Positions 57,040 to 64,000 of a stretch of 64,000 nt of DNA are shown one piece after another (the stretch's first letter is position 1; each line of letters opens with the position of its first letter). Under the pieces are notes generated by a model. It ran no database searches. It saw nothing but the letters and a program-made list of their open reading frames with translations, and had not been told where the DNA came from. A program made the position numbers and the translations under genes. Source of the DNA: Malacoraja senta (Eukaryota); the NCBI GenBank assembly GCA_038087875.1, contig JAXLNO010000107.1:1-64000 (forward strand), written 5' to 3'.

Positions 57040-59345
57040 GTAAGTAGTACAAGAAATGCATATATCAATTTGATTTTACCATCATGAAAGCTTTCAAAGC
57101 TTATATTTGTTTGATAATAATTTGTTTAATAATTGGTAATCATAAGATGCTGCCATACTTGTGTGAAATTTTGAAAAAACTTTATTTTCATGGGCTGATA
57201 GACATTTCAGTCTTGAGTAATGATCAAGTAGATCTTTCTACTCTAATGTACTAACGTTTAATACAATTCAAATTTAACTACTTTGCAGCATTTTTTTATC
57301 CTATTGCAGAAAACAATGGTACTTAACTAGGTATGGTAAAAGAATAATAAAAGTGGACATGAGTAATGGACTGCGACAGCAGCAGAGTAGAGACTTTAAA
57401 ATGACATTGCTTTATGTAGTAAATGTGGGGGGTTTGACTTTGAGGTGATTGCAAGAGGAATGTACTTTACATCCACATATGGCAAAGGATTTGAAGCACT
57501 TTTAAAAGCTCTACTTTGCTTAAAAATCTATTTCCACTGTATCAAACCATATTACGCAGGCAGGTGGCACTAGTGTGGATGGGACGTTGGTCGGTGTGGG
57601 CAAGCTGGGCCGAAGGGCCTGTTTCCACGCTTTATGACTATGAAAATACTTTTTGTAAATGAGAATATTTTTTAAAAGAACAGTTGAATGAAATGTTACC
57701 GTCTTTCGCATGAAGCAGAATGAGTAGGGAAGTACACACATGAATTTGTCAGCAATAAAATGATTAATTGAAAAAAATGGGGACCTAAGAGATTCTGAAA
57801 TCCGTCAAGAATTTTGGGAAAGCCACAGTGTGCTGATTATGGCATGGAATTATAGGTGCAAGTTGACTTATACAATGTTCATGGGGAAGAAAAGATGACC
57901 AAACAACAAACTCCTAAATGTATGAAAAATAAAATTACCTTGTACTTAAGATGGATTATTGTAGGAAAATATTTCCAGTAACTGCCATTTGCACAGATTT
58001 CAATACACAAGATTTGTTCTACGTGCTGAATATCCATGATTGATTTTTGTGATGCTCATTTATATTTGAAAACATTGGGATATTTATATTTAAAAGATTT
58101 GGAAGTTAAGCACATCACCTGGAAGATTTACTGTTGGTTACTTTGTTCTTCTGATGCCAAAGATCTTACAGGCTTCTGAAGACATGCAGAAGTTAATTGA
58201 GATTTCCAGTTCACAATAGTAATCAAATCTGAGCTTTGTAGACAGGTGTGTTGGCATGACTGAGCATCACTGGTGTTTTGTGGTCATAAAGGAAGTTCTA
58301 AGATTTCAGGCTGCAGGCAGTGGAAAGATGAATGATAGATTAGGCTAAATACTACTCCAAAGTTGGCAGCTCTGTTCAATTGCCCCAAGCACCAGTTTGA
58401 CTACCTTCTTTGTTGGTGTGAGCTAGTCCTGCACTGCACCCAATTTTAAAGGATCTCTGATTAACTAGTACAGGGTGAAGTTGTTTGGCTTTAAGTCGAC
58501 AGAATATGTATTTTACCAGGTTACCCAACAGATTTCGTAGAGCAAGTTGTCTGCTTTATATTTGTTTGTGAAGGACTATTTAAATTCTCATCTGCAGAAC
58601 ATAACTAGTGTAACTTCATGAATATTTAACCAACTTCATTATTTAGCTGATTTTATGAGTCAGAGTTGGTTCTGGAATTTGTTTGAGGTTGTAACTAACA
58701 GGAGAGAGAAACGTGAAGATTGTGATGTAATTGGACTTTCAGAGTGGCTTCAGTAAGTTGTCATGTTGGATTTGTACACAAAATTATTAAGAGTACATTG
58801 TATTAGGGTTAATATACTGATGTGGATTGAGGATTCATTAAAAGGCAGGAAATAGAAATAAACAGGTAATTTTGGTTGGATAGCAGTGACTATGGGCGGT
58901 GACCAATTTACCTGCTGATGCAAGCACGAGGACTGAATGACCTACTACCAGGTGTGTTCTTTTATTTTAAAAATTAATAATAACAGAAATGCAGAATTAG
59001 TCGTTCAGTCCAAAAATACAAAAGTATTATTGCTATTTTCAGATAATACGAATGCTCTAAAAAATAACAAAACGATAAAGAATTTGTTAAAGGAGAAATT
59101 TGATTGTATGCATTTTTTCCCTGAAAGCCCAAATTGACGAGGGAATGGTAGAGAAGATAGTGCAGGTGTTTAGGGATCAGGAATGATATACCAAATTCAC
59201 TGATGGATCTGATGAAAGGCAGTCTTATGGTCTGGAGTAGGGGGGGGGGCGGTCACATAATGAGATGTGTGTGTTGGGGGAGGGGGGGGAGGGGAATGCT
59301 CACCCAACATTTTTGCGGGCCGTAGGAACAAATAAAGAAATGTCT

Positions 59346-59464
59346 CACACGCACGCACGCACACACACACACACTCGCTCTCAGACATTCTCACACACAC
59401 ACACTGACACACACACATTGACATACACACACACTGACACACACTAGAAACGCACATGCACACT
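59346..59464. repeat. Imperfect (CA)n microsatellite
   Basis: Read directly from the sequence. Confidence 0.85.
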
Positions 59465-59699
59465 TGGAAGAGAGAGGGAGAGAGAGCTCTCCCCCCCCCC
59501 CCAAAACTCATCCTGACTATGCGTCATGTCTGTACGGGGTTTGTACCTGTGTGTGTTTTCTCCGGGTGCTCTGGTTTCCTCCCACACTCCACGTTTACAG
59601 GTTAATTGAATTTGTCCTGAATGTGTGTAGGATTGTGCTAGTGCGTACGGGCATCGCTATGATGGGCCAAAGGGCCTGTTTCCACGCTGTATCTCTAAA

Positions 59700-59824
59700 G
59701 CTGCGATACCACAGAACCCGCTAAATAGCCCGTCGCACGGAACGTGTTAAGAGCTTGCTGCGGGCCGGATAAAATCTCGTGGCTGGCCGGATGTGGCCCA
59801 TGGCCCATAGTTTGGAGACCCCTG
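59700..59824. mobile_element. hAT-like transposon terminus
   Basis: gcgggccggat...ggcccatagtttggagacccctg is a typical hAT/Charlie end. Confidence 0.6.
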
Positions 59825-59989
59825 AGTTAGACCATGGGTTAACAAGTCTGGTAGGGGCAGCTGATGGGTTGTTAGAATATGTATTGCAGCACAGATGTAA
59901 ATCTTACCGTGAGGTAGATCAATGCTGATATGTGGTGGTGTTGGATCCAGTGCGATAATGGACTAAGAAACCGGCTGCTTTGTTTTATA

Positions 59990-60775
59990 AACATTAAAAA
60001 AACAGGTGCAGGAGTGGGCCATTTGGCCCTTCGAGCCAGCACCGCCATTCAATATGATCATGGCTGATCATCTAAAATCAGTACCCCGTTCCTGCATTTT
60101 CCCCATATACCTTGATTCCTTTAGCCCTAAGAGCTAAATCTAACTCTCTTGAAAACCTCCAGTGAATTGGCCTCCACTGCCTTCTGTGGCAGAGAATTCC
60201 ACAGATTCACAACTTGTTCCACAGATTCATAAAGGTTTTTCCTCATCTCAGTCCTAAATGGCATACCCTTATTCTTAAACTGTGACCCCTAGTTCTGGAC
60301 TCCCCCAACATCGGGAACATTTTTCCTGTATCTAGCCTGTCCATTCCTTTAAGAATTTTATATGTTTCTATAAGATATCCTCTCATCCTTCTAAATTCAA
60401 GGTTTCAATGTCAGTTTATTGTCACACGTACCAGTTAAGGTACAGTGAAATTTGAATTACCATACAGCCATACTAAGTGAAAAGCAACAAGACACACAAC
60501 CACATAAAAGTTAACATAAACATCCACCACAGTGGATTCGACATTCCTCACTGTGATGCAAGGCATAAAGTTCAATCTTCTTCCTCTTTGTTCCAGTGAA
60601 TACAAGCCCAGTCACCCATTCTTTCATCATATGTCAGTCCCGCCATCCTGGGAATTAACCTGGTGAAGCTACGCTGCACTCCTGCAATAGCAATAATGTC
60701 CTTCCTCAAATTAGGAGACCAAAGTTGCACACAATATTCCAGGTGCAGTCTATCCAGGGCCCTGTACAACTGCAT
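59990..60775 (-). mobile_element. CR1 3' fragment with a nested short retroposon tail (about 60400-60590)
   Basis: QLYRALDRLHLEYCVQLWSPNLRKD; near-identical to 34330-34890. Confidence 0.85.
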
Positions 60776-62074
60776 TATATTCCTGCATTTATTTTTGGGA
60801 TCTGAGCATCATTGGCAGGGGCATCATTTATAGTTCACCTGTAATTGTCCTTGAGAAGGTTACGGTGAGCTAGTGCTTGGGAGCTGCTGTAGTCCCTCTG
60901 GTGAAGAACCCCTGCAGTGATTTTGGGTAAGGCGTTGTGAACAAGAAAGAATGAGCAACTTACTTCTAACTCAGATGGTGTGTAAATTGGAGGAAAATCT
61001 TGAACTCGTGTTTCATGTGTTTGCTGTTCTTCTACACTCTTTAATGGAGGTTATGGGTTTGCATGATGCTGTCAGCCTAGCTTGAGCAAGGTACATGTTG
61101 CTGGTATTTTGTAAGATTATGGAAGGTAGTGAGTTGAGCATTCGTGAAGTGGATTGTTTTTCTGGATGGCATCAAGCTTCTAGAGAGTTGTTAGACCTGT
61201 ACTCACCCAGGCAGGTTGAGAGTTTTCAATCATGCTCCTAATTGTGCCTCATAGTGAAAAGCTTTGGGATATCAGAAGGAGAATCACTTGACACACCATG
61301 CCTGGAGCTGTTGAGACCTGCAACTGAAATTTAGCAATGGTCGATTAAGAGGGAGCCTCTCCATATCTAACCTTATGATAAACGGTCAAGGAAAAATTTG
61401 GGTCTCATTACAGCAAAGTAGGCTTGGAGATTTTTCAAAAGAATTACCCAAGGAGAACTTACGAGTCTCCCATGTATTTAAAACTATATACTTCAGTATT
61501 ACAATTTTAGGCTTCTGGACTAATTTTTGTACTTACAAGATTAGTAGTGCTGAGTACATAAAGTCTTAATCTTAAGTTTCAAGATAGGTTATTTGAAGTT
61601 TAAAGGAATGAAAATGAAAAGTAGGTATTACTTAACAGGTCTTGGCACATGCAAGGCTAATTAAAATATTCTAAGAATAGAAGAATTTAACTTAATATGG
61701 ATAATGCAGAGACACCACATTTCACCGAGGAAAGATTTATTTGATTAGCAATGTGGTGTGAGAACACTTGCATTTGAGAGGGTAAAAGGAAAAATAACAA
61801 GACTGTTCACAAACAAAGGTGAAGGAAGAAGTAAGGTGAAAGGAACACGAATTGGATGCAAATTTAAGCCTGAAGAAGACTGTGGAGGCCAAGTCAATGT
61901 ATATTTTTAACACGGAGATTGACAGATTCTTAATTAGTAAGGGTGTCAGGGGTTATGGGGTGAAGGCAGGTGAATGAGGTTGAGAGTGAAAGATAGATCA
62001 GCCATGATTGAATGGCGGAGTAGACTTGATGGGTCAAATTACCTAACTCTGCTCCTGGAACTTGTGAACTGATA

Positions 62075-63850
62075 CAGCATAGAATGTGATATACAGCATG
62101 GAAACAGTCCCTTTGAACCAGCTTGTCCATGCTGACCAAGATGCCCTATCTCTATAGGTCCCATTTGTCCACATCTGACCTAGATCATTCTTAATCTTTC
62201 CTATCCGTGTATGTATCCAAATGTCTTATAAATGTTGTTATTGTACCTGCCTCAGCTATTTTCACAGGCAGCTCGTTCCATATACCCACCACGATGTGAA
62301 AAAGTTGCTACTCGGGTTCTAATTAAATGTTTTCCCTCTCATAGATTCAAAGAGTCCTACAGCATGGAAACAGGCCCCAGCCCAACTTGCCCGTGCCAAA
62401 CAAGTTCCCCATCTACACTACTCCCACCTGCACACATTTGACACATATCCCCTTAAACCTTTCCTATCCATGTTTAAACCCAAATGTATTTTAAATGTTG
62501 TCACTGTATCTGCCACAACTACCTCCTCTGGCAGCTCGTTCAATCTTCAACCCTATGTGTGAAAAAGCTGCCCCTCGGGTTCCTTTAAAATCTTTCCCCT
62601 CTCACCTTAAGCCCATTAAAAGTCAATTATCCCAGCCACTGGGCATCATTCCACGAACTCATGGCAAAGTCTTGTCCAACCATCCTCAGCTGTTTGCATG
62701 ATTGTTCATTTTTATATGTCCTCATCAAAATCTATACCCCATTCTGACATAGGCTGATAAATGGCAAATTACATTGATGGCACAAAAGTGTCAGCCAGTG
62801 TCCTTTAAAGAGTATAGCCAACTAGCCATTACATTTAGTGGCATTACCATCATACTATCAGAAAGTCAGATAGTTTTTCAGCATGACAGCAAGCCCTTTG
62901 GCCCAACTTATCCATGCTGACCATGTTAATACCTGAGCAAGACCCACTTATCTGTGTTTGGCCCTTATGCCTTGAAACCTTTTCTATCCATATACCTATC
63001 CAAATATCTTTTGAGTTGAAATTGTACAACTTATTCCACTTCCTCTGGCAGTTAGTTCCACATACCCACAACCCTCTGTGTGGAAACATTGCTTCTCGCG
63101 TCACCTTTGAATTTTGCATCTCTCAACTTAATCCATGCCTTGCATAATTAGACTCTCCTACTTTATGGAAAAGACAGATCTGAAAAAATAATGTATGTAT
63201 GTCCCTCATGATTTTATATATATCGGTAATATCATCCCTCAGCCTCCTATGCTCAAGGGAAAAATGTCCAGCCTATCCAGTTTCTCAATATCACCCAAAC
63301 CCTCCAGTCCTGATGACATCCTTGTGAATAATTTCTGCTCCTTTTCCAACTTAATTTCTATAGCTATGAGACCAGGTGTGCACACAATGCTCCAAGTATA
63401 ATTCACCTATGCCTTATACAGTTTAAACATGATGTCTCAACTACTGTACTTAATGTCCTGACCGATGAAGGCAAGCTTACCAAATGCCGCCTTCACCATT
63501 CTGTCTACTTGTGTCGCCACCATCAGGGAACTAACTACTTTTACCCTAAATCTCTGTTCTACAACATTCTGCAATTTACTTTGTAAGTCCTGCCTTGGTA
63601 TAACTTACCAAAATTTAACACCATACATGTCTGAGTCAAATTCCATCTGCAATTCCTTGGCCTACTTCCCCAGTTGATCTAGATCCTGGTGTAATCTTAA
63701 TTGTCTTCACAGTCCATAATGCCTTCAATTTTGGTGTCATCTGCAAACTTACTAACAACAGTGGACCCAGTGGCAGGCCTTAAATATGAAAAGCAACACA
63801 CCACTATTGCCTTCTGACTCGTACCACCGAACCAATTTTGTACCCAATAT
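62075..63850 (-). mobile_element. Cluster of old CR1 3' fragments
   Basis: Repeated CR1 tails (cagcatggaaacagg, cctttcctatccatg) and ggtgtcatctgcaaactt (KFADDT on the - strand). Confidence 0.6.
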
Positions 63851-64000
63851 CATGTGGCCATCCACACGAAAACTGTAGTTGCGGAATCAGGTCAAAGGCT
63901 AGTACCCAAGGATATGCCTCTGTATTTCTACGTAAAAATATTTAAGGTTTTGGGATGCCAAAGTTCAATTTCATGTTTTTCTCACTCTTAAGAGCATGGA

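Noticed and set aside
57040..64000. Further SPRED1 exons (KBD/SPR domains)
   Set aside because: No matching peptide with splice sites was recognised; these exons presumably lie beyond the window.

Overview
Eukaryotic, vertebrate genomic DNA, most likely from a cartilaginous fish (skate or ray). The species call is inferred from the repeat content: CR1 with (CATAGAAA)n tails, HE1/V-SINE-like SINEs, Rex1 and Penelope-derived short elements. The whole window lies inside one + strand gene, a SPRED1 orthologue. Three coding exons of the EVH1 region are visible (16046-16220, 54417-54585, 56990-57039), and no other exons were recognised. The rest is intron densely filled with mobile elements: (1) a full-length but decayed DIRS1-type retrotransposon with a perfect 80-bp terminal/internal complementary region; (2) a 1.9-kb two-LTR mini endogenous retrovirus with a tRNA-Leu PBS and a 4-bp TSD, whose only coding remnant is an env TM subunit resembling filovirus GP2; (3) a young, near-intact Neptune-type Penelope element with hammerhead-ribozyme-like motifs, plus many short derivatives carrying the same motif; (4) Tc1, Rex1, CR1, hAT-like and SINE fragments. 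Two blocks remain unexplained: a strict 16-bp-period motif array (45097-45368), and a TATA/E-box/E2F promoter-like segment flanked by divergent decayed coding-like sequence (27.7-31.7 kb). All family assignments come from recalled motifs; no database searches were run.
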